DNA from: Camelus dromedarius
Taxonomy: Eukaryota
NCBI RefSeq assembly: GCF_036321535.1
Contig: NC_087436.1
Coordinates: 68,574,001-68,638,000 of the forward strand
DNA length: 64,000 bases
Direction: 5' to 3'
Positions 39,601-54,600 of this stretch are shown here, piece by piece. The notes beneath the pieces are model-generated. The model worked only from the letters and a program-made list of their open reading frames with translations, was not told where the DNA came from and did not search any database. The translations under genes were made by a program, and so were the position numbers. Every line of letters begins with the position of its first letter. The stretch's first letter is position 1.

Positions 39601-42600
39601 GGGGATCTAGAAGTAGAAGTCTGAACAAGCACCCAAAACCCTTATCCCATCCAAAAAAATTTGCAGAAAAAAATCAGTTTACCAAGCAAAGGTGATGTAA
39701 GGAGACAAAAAATTAGAATCTAAACATTTCAGCTACTGAAAATTTCTCCCCCAAACTAATCACAAGGTAGAGTAAACCTGATTGAGTGAATTATATATGC
39801 TTATAATTATAACTAACACTTCTGTTTTATAACAAACACTTGAAGATTTGGGAAAATAAACACAAAAAACCCCACCTTGAATCAGAAATTTAATAACCAA
39901 GAACCAAAATGATCCAATCCACCTCCCCTAAAGGGGATGAAGTAAGTAAAAGAAATACAAATCTATGAATCAAAATGGGCTCTTGGTGTACCTGGAACAA
40001 CTGACTGATCAGCCCTGAGTTATATTCTGGTAAAACTATTAGACTTCACAGATGAAAAAATATACAGAAGAAAAAAATATAAAAGGACTCAAGGCAAAAA
40101 AGATCAGATTACTTAAGAGTCAGATAAGTAAACTGGCATCATACTTCCCAACAATAAGATACAAAAAAGTATCAAGGAAGAAAGTAAAAGCCTTGAACTT
40201 TACTTTCATCCAAGCTGCCTTTCAAGCATAAAGGCTACAGAAACAATTTCAAATGTGTAAGAACTCAGGGAATACTGTTAATTCTGAGCTCTTTCTGAGT
40301 AATACAGCAGAGACCAAACCTGACTGCAAAATTTACTATAAAGCTCCAGTGATCAATACAGGACGGTACCAACAAAAGGACAGAAACAACCAATAGAAGA
40401 TACTACTGAGTACAGAAAGAGCCCTACACATACAATAACTTTCTGACAAAGATGCCAAAAAAACTGAAAAAAAGAAAGAATTCTCTTTTCAATAAATGGA
40501 CTAGAATTACTGGATAGTCATATACACAAAAATTAACCTTGAACTATATTTGGCAAGGTAGAAAAAAATGAATTCATAAAAGTACAAAACAGTAAACAAT
40601 GAGTTCAAAATATATAGTCATGTACATGATCTATACTTTGCATGGTATATAAAAATGAATTTGCAAAACTATAAACCTTCTAGAATAAAACACAGGGGAA
40701 TAACTTTGTGATTTGGGGTTAAAAAAGGTACAAATCACAAAAAAGAAAAACTGATAAACTAACTTTATCAAAATTAAAAACTTCTGCTCTTCAAAAGATG
40801 CTGCAATAAAATGAAGACAACCACAGACTGGAAGAGAATATTTGTAAAAGATGTGTCCAATAAAGGACTAATTTCCAGAATGTATTAAGAACTTTCTCAA
40901 TAAGAAGAAAACAAACAATCTAATTAAAAAATAGGCCATGATCTGAAAAACTAAAGCAGAATGAAATCAAGTAACTTGTCTACTGTCACAGAGTCAGTAA
41001 GTATAGCAAAACTGGAATTTGAAGGATAAGAAAATATCAATATTTATATGTTACACAATTTTTGATGGCTATCATTTTGAACATTCACCTTCTCTTCCAA
41101 GGTTTCACTTATAGATGTTGCTAGTTTCAACAACTCTTCTGAATCTTGTTGGCATCTAGGATTCAAAACAAAGCACCCAATATCAATGTTCTCAATTGCT
41201 ATAAATAGTAAGTCATATAAATAACTAAAATTTAAGAAATGTTAAAAAAAAGTGGAATTTTGCCAACATGTAGCATAAAGTGCTTACTGACTTGAAGGTA
41301 ACTTGGTTTATAAACACATTACTTCAAAATCATGCTCACTTAAGGACAGTATATAAATAAGATTTAAATATTCAAGGGAAAAATCTTTTGCAATAAAACT
41401 TCTGACGTAATAAGCTAGGTGGTAAAAAACCAGATAGTAGATTCATAATTCAATAATTTGCAGATTTTAAAAAGTTATAGCTTTTGAAGACTTCAAAGTG
41501 GGAAAATTCTTATTTAGTATAATTTCATTTTTATAATTTGACCCCTCCACTCTGACCAGAAAAAAACCCAGGTTTTCAGAAGTGCTTATAGTTTGGTGTA
41601 TTTAATGGTACTGCACTTATATTGGGCTTAGTTACTTAAAATTAATCTATAATTTCTGAAATACTGTTTTTACAATAAGGAAAAAAAGTTGAACAAAGAA
41701 CATTACCCAATATTTGGCTTGCGATTATAGTTCTCCTGAAACTGGTCCAAGGCAAGCATGGCTGAGTGAATCTCTAAAGATGCCTATTTAGAACATTAAA
41801 AAATTGGTCAATATTTACTGAGTGTGTAACGTGTACCAGGCACTGACTGTGTTAATGTTTTTAAAACATTATTTTATTCATTACAAAAATGAATTAGCTT
41901 ATAACTATTATTATCCTTACTTAACAGATGAGGAAGCTGAGGCTTAGGGAAGTTAAATGACTTGACTTCAAGGTCAGAAAGCTGTATTTAAGCAACAGAT
42001 CCAAGTTTCATTCCCAGGTGGTATGACTAGTTTTTATTAGGTTATTCATATGAAACTTAAGAGTAATATCAACTGAACAACAGCAACAATTATTTATACA
42101 AGATCACTGAATCTCTTTTCCTTATCAACATATACAAATTTGGAAACTGTAAATATAATTTGTTATCACAAATACATTGACTGCTATAAAATTATATCCA
42201 GTGATTTGAAAAAATAGAATGTTTCCCAAGTTTTTTTTGGGTGGGGAGCAATATGTATTATATAAAACTCTACATGGTTCATAAAATCTTCTAGTAAGAT
42301 CACCTTTGAATGAATTATTAAAATCATCTTTTAACTATCAAAACTGGCCTATCATTATAATAGTTAAATTTTTTCCTATTTTTCTAACATTTTCCATTAT
42401 ATAAATTCCCATTTTTAATTCTTGGGAGTCAACTCTAGACATATGAATACAATCTTTATTAAAAAAAAAATTAACAGTCTGACAGAAAGGTACATACATG
42501 GTTGCTCGGTTTCAACTTTATAATCTTTTACCAATCTCCATCTCCCACTTTGTTGCCTCTCTCAAACCTACAAAGTGTTTATTTACCTCAGGTTTGCTGA

Positions 42601-45600
42601 AATCCACAATAAGGTACTTTGGATGTTTTATCTGCCTCTCTAATGGTTCCTAAGAGAGAAAAATAAACAACAAAAAAACCCATTATAACTCCGGAGCAAG
42701 CAAGTAATTACTTGACAAACTATACAGAACACTAAACGCAATGGCTCTCTCCCAAAGATCAGAAATAAGTTAGGTTGAGCTAATGCATTTTAGCTAAAAT
42801 ATAAAATAGCTACTATTCCCTGGTTACCCCTTGTCTTATTATCACACTTATTTATTTTTTTAATGTTAAATGCAATTAGACAACCTGCTCCACATAGTAA
42901 ATTTAGGAAGAATTGTTGGAAACATTAGTACACTTGAAAAAATACTATTTTAATGAAAGAGCTACCACATATTTCTGATAGCAAGTTATTAAGACTTTTT
43001 ATGCCTGACAGGACTTGAACAAACAACCAGTTAAAATTCTCTGTGTGGAGCAAAGAACACACGAAAGCCAAAAAAACCCAACCAGTCAACCAACCTCCCC
43101 CCAGGCCCACAAAAGACAACCCAACCTGAAATTTACTTGAGGCATAAACAGAAGCATAATTAAAAACTGTGGACAATGGCAAGAGGAAGTAATGCAGGGG
43201 CAGATTTGAGTAGCTGTAGCATTTTAATCTGTTGTTTTGTTCTAACTTTGTCTTAAACAAAACCTTGTAGAGGACTTTAGTTAATTGTTCTGGAAAACAA
43301 CAGGCAGTCAAGTTAAAACCTTGACAACTTGCAAGAAAAAAACAGAGATGAATCAGACAGCTTATTCTGAGAAGTGGCCTAAGGATTTAGAAGTAGGAGG
43401 CAGTAGGAGACTCCTCAGTTCCTTGATACTAGTAGCCTCGAAATTCTCTCTATACAGATACTTACATTTCCTTTCAATGCCAGTTTATAGGAATTATCTC
43501 ACATTTCCAATATACACACTGTTTCTTGAAGCTCAAAAAATTAAATCAAAAAACCTGAATTAATAAGTATGATAAATAAAAGAAATATTCCTTTTACTTT
43601 AAAAATGTGAATAGCTGAAGAATAAAACAAAACACACTGAATCAATGCTTGTTAGTTATGCCTTTTGTCTTAGGAAGTAATTTTAAGAAGTATGATCAAC
43701 CTTTTCATGATTCACAAAGCTGCAGTTTCTTTGAGGTAACTTATATACCTCAATTTTATGTGTTACTATTGTAAATTTTTTTGTTGATATCAGTTTATTT
43801 CCATAGATTGATACAATTTTCCTCAAAGTGGGTACAAATAGAAAATCAGTATCTGTTCAACCTTTGAATTATTGTTTGGTTAACTAAGTAATTATTTTAT
43901 TTGCTGTCATTCTTCTGTAAAGAAGTATTTATTAAGCAGAAAAAAATACTTACAAAGCAAAATGTTTTAGGAGTCTTAACTTGAACAGCTATGCCTCCGT
44001 GTAAATAAGGTTCCAGTTTTGTAGTATCACCAATGCTAAAAGAAAATGGTGATAACACTAAAAGAAGAAAAAAAAGAAAACCATTACATACTAAGCATTT
44101 ACATTTGAAGGCTTATTATCATAAAATGCCAATTTTCTCTAATTTACAAAATTAAGAAAGTCTCAGTATAAATCTTTTTGTAGGGAGGTGGGTGGGAGGA
44201 AGTGTGGGAAGAGAAATTATTTTTCCAATATGAATATAAGGACTTAGCAAAAATAGCCAAGAAAACTTGGAAGGATAAAAAAAGAATGATAAGAGGTTAT
44301 CGTCAGATATTAAAATATTTTATGAAGCCTCAATAATCAATATATTTATATTATATATATTTAATAATTAATCTACAGTGATACTAGCTCCTGAATAGAC
44401 AGGCACACAAACAAAACAGATTAGAGAATTCAGAAACAGATCCCCGAGGGACAAAATTAAGGTGGCAACTCAAACCAATAAAGAAAAGAAGATTATTCAA
44501 CAAATCTTGCGGGAAAAAAAGCCACCTAGGAAAGTATTCCAAATGGATAAAAGTTTTAATGTCCAAAAACATGTAAAAAATTTTATTAGATAAAAGTATA
44601 GGAGAAAAACTTTTTTAAAACTTTGCAATAGAGAAAGGCTTTTTCTAATTATGACTTAAAATAAAAGCCATAAAAGAAAAAATTGAAAAATTTGACATTA
44701 TATACACACAATAAAAACTATAACAAGCAAAGTCAAATGCCAAACTAGAAAAAATATTTGTGACTCATATTAAAAAAAAAGCAACTCAGTAAATATGCCC
44801 TGTATATTAGGAGTCCCAGCGAATGATTAAGAAAATGATCAAAAACTCAACAAGAAAATGGGTAAAGGATGATTCACTTTAAAAGAAAAAATAGCTCTAA
44901 AACTTAAGATGAGATACTTAATTTTATCCGTAATATGTAAAATGTAATTATACTATATTATTTTCGGGGAAGGGATAGCTCAAGTGATATACTATATCAA
45001 TTTCAATAATACCTGAAATACTATGAGCCATAAGGGGAAAAAATAAAGACTGTTATGCAATTACTGATGTAAAAACACCCATCTAGATGATTCATTTAAT
45101 GAAAAGTCAAAGGGTAGCTCTATGAGTAATATGCTACTTTGCATATAAAACTGCATAAGGAAACCCTGGAAGGACACAAAAACTAAGAACACTGGATAGG
45201 TAGTAACAAGTGGGATCTACAGATGGGCAGAAAAGTTTTCACTATGAACATTTGCCTTCTACTGTTTGAACTATCTGACTTTTCAAGAAATTAAATTAAA
45301 TAAACAAGCCTTATGTATTAAGGAGACAGAACAGGTCAGCAGAGTAAACAACAATCTTAGGCTGCCACACCTCTGGAGTGGGAGGAGGTCTGAAATAGTA
45401 CTCATTTTTAACTCTATTTAAACATTTATATGTTTATGTTTATCTAGAATAAGCATATTGTAGGTATTTTAAAATGTTTTTCAAGTAACAGAAAATTACT
45501 TTAGAGCAGTAAGTATAAATTAATAAATGTTAAGAAAAAAGTAAGTTTCATAAACACCTATTCTATTTAAACATCCTCTCTTTGCCCAAAGAATTTTTGG

Positions 45601-48600
45601 TACAAAATGTGAGTTTTTAAAATTTTCATTTCTTGACATCCAGTGGCTCCTCCTTTCATATATATAGCCTTAAGACTCGGATCCAGTACCACAATCCATC
45701 ATTACGTGGACCCCAAAACATCAAAGGATAATCCTAAACAATTAGTTTAGTCAATTTTTGGAAAAACCAATACAAATTATTTAATATCAATGATATGAAC
45801 CTGTGTTTTATATATTCATAGTCTGGGAAATAAAATCCAAAAGTTTTATTATCAAAAATTCTTAAATATAGACCAAAGTTTTGCTATAAATTTGTAACAG
45901 AAACTGACTTTTTTCTCTCCTAAGGATTCACTTTGTAGTCATTAAAAGAAAAAAAAAGTAATCCATTTACTAGTCTATACATTAATCACATAATTATACT
46001 TTCAAAAGCCCTAGAGACAAAACTGAATCACTCTCAGCTGAACAGGTGTAAACATGCTGTCTCTGAGTTACAAGACATCTACTAATGTTTTTAATTCTTT
46101 TAAACATGGCTTGGAAGAAAACCACAAACTATGCAGACTAACAGTGCTACAAATTAATTATCTTCAACTTCAAATGGGCCCTAAATGAAGCCTGATAATC
46201 TATTTTTTAAAATGTTTACTCTCTTCGAATCTCTGGCCACGTCACCTTATCTCTCCTTTGGGTCAGGATCTTATCTTAGTTCACTAACAGAACAGATCCC
46301 TGCAGCTTCTTGCTAATAAACCAACACATCTGCCTACAGTAACATCCATTCATCACTTTTATCAAAGCCACTGGACAAAAACAGGTATCTTTGCTTGAAT
46401 ACTTCACTGTCACCTCACCCAGCAAGCTCAGACTGGACACATTAATTTCTCTCAGAACCTGCTCCTTTTCTTTCACTCCCTAATGTGTGAATAAGTAAGT
46501 TGCCAGAATCTTCGCTCATCTACCATATGAGGTAACAAAGTTTCCTCCTCAATGTCCTAAGACTCTTGCTATCTCAACTCTCACTGCCAGCCCTGTCACA
46601 TTATATCTTTAAGTTCTTGAATTGTGTCTTGCTTCTTACTGTTTGTCTCTGCACAGACTATTCTTTCCTTTTCATTACCTTCCTAAGACAATGCAATCTT
46701 CAAATTTTAATCAAGATACCCTGTCTCTACAGTTGTTATACCAAAACTGAGTAGGCTTCCTTGCTAAGTTTAAAGTTCCTATAATATCTCTTCTCTTTAT
46801 ACCATCATCACTGCTTAATGTTAACATCCCCTTACTTAGATTTAATGTCTTGAGGCCAGGGAATTGGATCATGTCTATCTGAGTTGATAGTGTATTCTCA
46901 ACACTAAGAACAGAGCCTGAACTATAAATGTGCTGAATAATGAATAAGTATAAATGAATTAATAAAACACAGAAACTTACCAGTTATTTGTCGTGTAGAT
47001 CCATTTAAGCCTGTCATTCCATTAATTTCTCGAAATGTTAGGAACTGTCCTGTTTCAAGTTTGTGCGGATGATTTTCAAGGCAAGTAACAACGCCAGGAT
47101 TAGCCTAAAAATAAGAGTAATCTACTAAAAAACAAGTCCACGTATTTCTTTTTTGTACAAATTCCAATTTCACACAAAAACGAACCCATGTTATCATAAA
47201 ATTCTCAAAACAACCAAAATTCCAAGCCATTCTTCTATAGTAATAGCAAGATTTTAAAAACCTATCACAACTTGAAATGCAGCGGATCCAAAGTGAGATG
47301 TGCCATGAGTATAAAAGGGTCCACTAGATTTTGAAGACTTAGTATGATAAAAGGGATGGGAAATATCTCATTAATGCTTTTTCATATTGATTGCATGTTG
47401 AGATAATAACATTTTGGATATACTGGGTTAAATAAAATGTATTATTAAACTTAAAAAAAACTGTCACAAAACGGACGGGAAATATCTCAATGCTTTTTCA
47501 TATTGATTGCATGTTGAGATAACAACATTTTGGATATACTGGGTTAAATAAAATGTATTATTAAACTTAAAAAAAAAACTTTCACAAAATAGGGACCCAC
47601 TTATTTTATTAGGAATGTTAAAAATATAATTTCTATGTTTGGGGGAAACAGATTCCACAAAGGAGTTCAAATGTTTCATAGATTCAAAGATTATTGTGAC
47701 TTATAAAAAAAGTCAAAGTGACTGAATATTAAGTTCTAAAGTCATTTATGAAAGACTTGATGTACATAAAAGATTAGTTCAACTCTGAAGATCAAAGAAA
47801 TGTAAGAATGAAGGATGGAGATTTAAAGCCAGGAAAGTGGTAGTTTAAAGCTTGTCCAATACTTTAAAGCCAAAGAAATATTATGTAGCCCAGTTTATCA
47901 GGATAAAAATAGGAAGAAAAATATAAAGAATAAGAAATATACTTATCTCACCTAAAAGGAAGGATGAGATAGGTCAAACACCTGGAAATTTACTAACTGC
48001 ATATAATCCAACACATTGCTTGAATAAGGTGATAATTTAATCTATATAAAACCTAATGGAATTATCATTCTCTTTCACAATTGTGTAGATACTAAAAATT
48101 TTCTTGCTGCTTAATGATCTGAGAAATATAATTATGATCACAAACATGCAGATAAAATTAATGTAATGTGGGTTTACTAATATCTCAAGAATAATATTCA
48201 TAAGGAGAAATAATCTGCAGGTAAGTTAAATGGGAACGTTTATGATGTTTTCTAATTCTTTGTGGATAACCTCCACATTTCCTGCACTATTCAATAAAAG
48301 AAAATATCAGTGAAATACAAGATCCCTTGGAGCTTACTCCAACTGTATGATATTCACAGGGACAAACTAACAATAACTAGAGAAGGTAAAACGCTGAGCA
48401 ATAAACCATTCTGTAAGCAGAAAGACACACAGAATAATTTTTCAATGAATTTTTCTTAAAAAGGGGTGAGAAAGGCAACATTACATTAGGTTTAAAAATA
48501 AACCATAAAGATAGAAGCACAAATACTATTAGGTCAAAGTATATTATCATTTCCTTATATTTGTCTTCTTTTGACCTTTAACATAAATTGATTATAAAGA

Positions 48601-51600
48601 ATGTATATAAAGTTAATGACTTAGGCTAAAAAGAAAAAGTAGTAAAAATAGATCATAATAATTTCTCTAATTCTTTTAGGGAATAAAAAAATTAAACTAG
48701 CATGATATTAACTGAACATGGTTAAATGTGCTAAATGTCTCAGAACTGTTCACTTTAAAGTGGTTAATTTTAAGTTATGTGAATTTTACCTCAAAAGTAA
48801 AACAAAAGCAGAAAAAAAAAGAAAAAGAGAGAACATGGTTAGAAAATTCAGACCTTCTGATTTGAAGGTTAATGTTTTAGAAATGTAACAAATTTGAAAA
48901 GCTCTCGTCTATGATGTGTCCATCTTCCTGGAGTCAAAGTGTTGGGCCAAGTGACTTATGACATACCTAGTACATCTATGATCTGACACAATAAACTGTG
49001 GTAAATACTGAATTCATGTCCCATAGGGGCATGACATAGAACAAAATTAAAATTAAAATCAACGACATAAGCAACTGTTGGTCTATCAATTATTAAATAA
49101 TGTTAGAAGGAATCCAGAAACACTTTTAATATTCCAACTTTATTTTAAACAAATAAAAAATATTGCATATTAAATATTTTGCTAATACCACCTTTTAAAA
49201 AAGTTTCACATCAACTTAAAAAATCAATCATATACATATACAATAATATACATATATAGTCATACTTGCGTTATATCTGAAATAAAAATTTCTTTCGGTT
49301 CTTCTCCTGTTGTATCTAAAACTTCAAATTCATCACCGAAATCACAAAACAACCGTGACCAAATTCCACGTATATCTGCACTGATGAACTGTGAAATGAT
49401 AAAAACAATTTTAAGCTTATATATTATATAATATATAAGAAAAAAAAGCTCAACTATCTTAGGCTCTTTTATGACAATTTTATTTATAATTAAGCATATT
49501 CTTTGGGGTATAAAATGATCACAAACAGGATAAATTATTTGTTTGTAAATTGGTTTCGGGATCAAGGATTTTGGTATTTGGGACTGGATATCTAGCGTTA
49601 CAAAATTAGAAGCAACATCAGCACATCATCATCATACAATCTGTAATTTTTCAATAACAACTTCTGCCTTGCCCTAAAAATGAAGCACAGTTTATAAGAA
49701 ACAAGGTATCTTTGTTTGATGGTCTAGCAGTGAATTCTTACTTTTCATTTTAGAAAAGAATGGAATGTCCATTCACCAAAAGCAGTAGAGTTAATGGAAA
49801 ATAAAACAGAGCTAAAAGCTGAGCATGTGGTCAACAGAAAAGGGACTGAGAAACTGACAGTAAACAATGAAGTCATGAAAAGTAAAAATCAGATTCTTAA
49901 ACACAATCTTATAAAATATTTTACCGAAAGCCATTTTTATAACACATACTCACCAGTCTAAGAAAATGTAAAGAAATTGTTTTTGTGCTAAGTTATTTTT
50001 AAAGATAGTGAAAATAAAGAAAAACTCTTAATCTGTAACACATATGGTCCCATACCAAGTGATATTTTTCTAGCAAAAACTAAAGTCTATTCATATTTGG
50101 GTATAAGAATGTAACCAGTGATATATACCACCTATTACATGAAGTAGTGAAATGGCTAATGGAAGATTACCTCCTAATTGATCATGCAATGCCTTTACTA
50201 TCAAAATAGGCACCTACAGAATTTTTTATTAGACATAAAACTGAGCAGAAATTTAGAAACTTTTTTTTTAAGTTTAAAAGCTGCAAACTCAAGGACAATT
50301 TCTTTCCTTGCAAAACAACTTTAAAGTATGAATATATATATATATATATATCGATCACATAAACAAAGATTTTAGTTTATTACCTAGTGTAATTATCTTG
50401 TAAAACTTTTGTTTCCTGTTATAAATTTACTGACTACTTTGTGTCTTGTTCGTCTGCTTAATTTAAATTGTGAACCAGAGCACAAATGTTCTACAAAATA
50501 TAAATATACTATGTAAATACCACAATCCAAAATTTTTAGCACAACTATTTTATACAGTAAGATCATGGCTTAGTGCCTATCTCAAAGGAACAAACAGCAT
50601 TTTCCTTTTCCAAAGGAAGAAATGGCCCCACAAAGGAGGTGGAGTTAGTAATATGTATTTAACTGCAGGGCATGATTTATGATTTTTCCCATCTAAACCT
50701 CTTCCCAGTCTTCCCAATGTCATCAATACTCACCTAACTACTCTGGGCAAAAATCTAGGAGTCATTCTTGATCACACTTTCCTTCACAGCTCTCATTCAT
50801 CTATTCTCAATTCTGTTAGTCTTCCTCAAATTCCTCAGTTCAATGACTTCTCACAATCTCTATTCCCAACTCTTTTGAATAAGGCACCACCAGCACCTCT
50901 CACTTGGGCTACTTACTGCATTAGCTCCTAACTGGTCTAGTCACCTCTGCTCTTACAATTTCAACAGTTTTCCTTCTTTTTGGTTTCATGATCCATGATT
51001 CATGTTCTTAAAAATTATTAATGACCCAAAGAGCTTTTGTTTATGTGGGTTATACCTACTGATATTTACTGTGTTAGAAATTAAAACTGAGAAATACTTA
51101 AAACACAAGAATATACACACACCTTCCATTAGTTATCAGAGCAATAACGTCACCACACATCATATAGACTCTGGAAACTCCACTGTACCCCATAAGAGAA
51201 TCAGAGTGAAAAAAAGCAAATAACATTTCAGTAATATTATAAAAACAGTTCTTCAACTTTGCAGACCCCATCAAAGTCTCAGAGACCCTCAGTGTCCTTA
51301 TAACACACTCTGAAAACTACTGATCTAGTCTATTCTCCATACAGCATGGCCAGAGTGATCATTTAAAAATATAAATCAGACTGAAACTCAAAGGCTTAAA
51401 ACTCAGATATCCTCAAAGATCTGTAAGATACAGCCCTCTAACTACTTCTCTGAACTCAGTCTTCTGGTATCCTTTCTCCTATTACTCTCTCCCATCTACC
51501 CAAACTCCATTCTGGTCAAACACACTATGTGAATTTTTGCACTTACAAATCTTTACAGTTGTTGTTCCCTATGTTTTGAATGTTCTTCCCCAGATCTTTA

Positions 51601-54600
51601 CATAGCCGGATCTTTCTCATTATTCAAGGCTCTATTCAAATGTCATCTCTTCAGAGAGAACTTCCTTGACCTCAATCTAAGAGAATCAGCACCGGCCCCT
51701 CCCAACATCATTTAGACATTCTACCTAGCTTTTTTTTCCATAAGACTTGAAACTGTGTATTTATTTGCCGGTTTATTATATATCTTCCCTACTAGAAGGA
51801 ATTTTCATGAATAGGAAAATCTGTATGTCCTATTCATGAATGTATTCCTAGTGCCCAGAACTGTATCTTGTACATAGTAGACATATGCTTAATTATTTGT
51901 TAAAAGAAACAATGAACTTCTTGAAAACCACCATCATACCATATTTAAAGTGAGATGATGAGTTCAATATTTATCATTCTTTACACTGCTAATCTTAATT
52001 CCTCCTTAGTTTTGGCAATTTGCCTATAAACCAAATTTAGATCCTCATTTTAAAAATAGGAAATGATTATGATACCAAAATTAAAAAGAAAAATAATGTG
52101 ACTGTCCTTATATAAAAAGAATTCCTCATAAAACTCACTGAAAAGCTACAAATTCTAATAGTGAAAGTGATTTTTCCTCTGGTAAACTTTGTCATTAAGT
52201 TAACACTATTACCTTAATTGGAGGGCACCGAGAACGGCAAAAGTCATTAATCTTCTTCTGCAATGGAAGTTTGATCTCAGTCAAAACTACACACTGTTGA
52301 GAAGAATACAAGAAATTAAATATTAGAAAATAAACAATTATTTTGGTGATGTACAACTTCTAAATCAGAAGCATTTCACATAGTTTTCACTATGCTAAAA
52401 ATGCACTGTTTTCCTTGCAAAAAATTACTCTATTATATTCTATTTTAAGGTTAATACCTTCAGAGGTACAGAATAGCAAAAGTAAAAGTAACATACACAG
52501 CCATCTCTAGGTATCCATAGGGGACTGGTTCCAGAATCTCCTGTGGATACCAAAATCTGCAGATACACAAGACCCTTATATAAAATGGCATAGTATACAT
52601 AGGGGAAAATCTGCCCACGTTAAATTCAATTACCATCACAGGCTTCACAGTTAGAAGCAAACCTTAATATTCTATGTGTTATTTATATACCTCAAATGGT
52701 TGGAGATTTTATCTGTTACTGCTAGAGAAATACTAACCTAGTCATCAGAATATAAGTTCAGTACTAGCATAAAGGGATAACAATTACATTTTTAAAGAGA
52801 TACATTAGTTGATTTAGCTTTTACTTCAGATTTAACAGATTCACAATATAACAACTTTTGTTTTGATAGTGTCATTACTGAAACCAACAAGCACTATTAT
52901 TTAACACAGCAAATTATAATTTTCAATGCTTACTTTAATTTTTTATCATCCTATGAGATAAGTGGAGAAGGTTTTATAATCAGATTTTATCATAAGTAAC
53001 TTAGAATCATAAAGGTCAAATATTTCCCTAGGGTTATTCATATTCATGGCAAAAGCAGGTCGAGTCTTTTAGTCTCCTCCCAGACTCTATCTGCCTGGTT
53101 GTTTTCAATAGTGTCTTATTTTCATACTGTATATTTAATCCCTTCTTTTAAGATTTAGTCAGTTTGAACATCTATATTTTATAGTCCCTATCCAACAATT
53201 CTACTATCTGAAATTCTTGGAGGTTTAATTCTATTGTTTATCACATCCACTGATTCTTGATCATGCTGAACTGATTTCTCCTGTCATATTATTTTGTATT
53301 ACAAACACAATCTCAGAGGCTTTATATACCGGAATACACTGTGGCCTGGTTGATGGTATATTCCTCTTGATATTTTAGTTTTGTTTCTGTCTGGCATTCC
53401 AGGGTAACACCAGCTCAGTACTACTTTTTATGTTAAGTTCTCAGCTTGGGAAATTTTAGACTACAATGGATTGTAAAGTTCACTCCAAACTCGTGTGAGG
53501 GAATGGCTATGGTTATAAATTCTGAGAAAAATTGTTGTTTCATCCAAAGCTCAAGAGAAAATGGAAAAGCTTCTTGTTCTGATGGGCAAAGACTGTTTTC
53601 ATATACCCTTTTCCTAAGGGTGTAGCTTTCTGAAGTTCCAGGGAGCCACAAAGAAGTGATAGGTCTCAATTACATTTTTCTGTCTCATGTAGATGCATTT
53701 TGTATCTTATTTCTGTGTGACCATTAATTCCTAAGAAATGTGGTTACTGAGACAGGCAAATCCTATCCCTGAAAGTGACCACAGCCAGCAGTTCACTGTT
53801 CTTCTAGTTACTGATTCATTTTTGGTCTCTGAGCACTTCCCTAACATTTTTTTGAGCCCATGTAATCACTGAAAAGGAAGGTTATTAAGCAGGTTCTACT
53901 GCAGAAAGTCTACAAAGCATCTTTGTAGCAGGATGGATTTCAAGTTACCCAATCAAAAATGGAAGTCTACACTGATTTTTAAGTAGGTGTGATACTGTGA
54001 TTATAAATCAGAAGTATATATTTTGGTCTTCAATCAAGGTTCCTGGCATGTAACTCCTAACACTCTTATAATTTCTACATAAGAGATACAAGGGCAACTT
54101 GTGTTGTAATATTTCATTTAGTCCTACTTTCTGAAGTACCTCCAGAGTGATAAAGGTGAAATGAATGTCTTTTGTTCATAACAAGCCTTTTCAGCCACAC
54201 CTCAGTTTATGTTAATAAGGTGAGTTTTGGGAAGCCCCTAAGGATGCGGGCTGGTTGTTACGGGAACCAACCTTACGATCTGAAGGTCAGAACTTCAGCC
54301 CCATATCCTAGACCTCTGGGGAAGGGAGAGGGGCTGGAGATTGACTTAATCATTAATGGCCAATGTTTTAATCATTCATGCTTACATAATGAAGCCTCCA
54401 TAAAAGTTCCTGAATCAGGGGCTGAAGAGAATTTCCAAGTATGTGAATATGTGGTGGTATTGGGAAGGTGGCACCCCCCTCTCACATACCTTGTTCTATG
54501 CATCTCTTCTATCTGGTTGTTCCTGAGTTACAGCCTTTTACAATAAACTGGTAATCTAGTAAATAAACTGTTTTCCTGAGTCTGTGAGCCACTCTGGCAA

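Noticed and set aside
54172..54546. 124-aa ORF in a GC-richer segment
   Set aside because: Lies wholly inside a MER21-like solo LTR and shows no gag, pol or env similarity.
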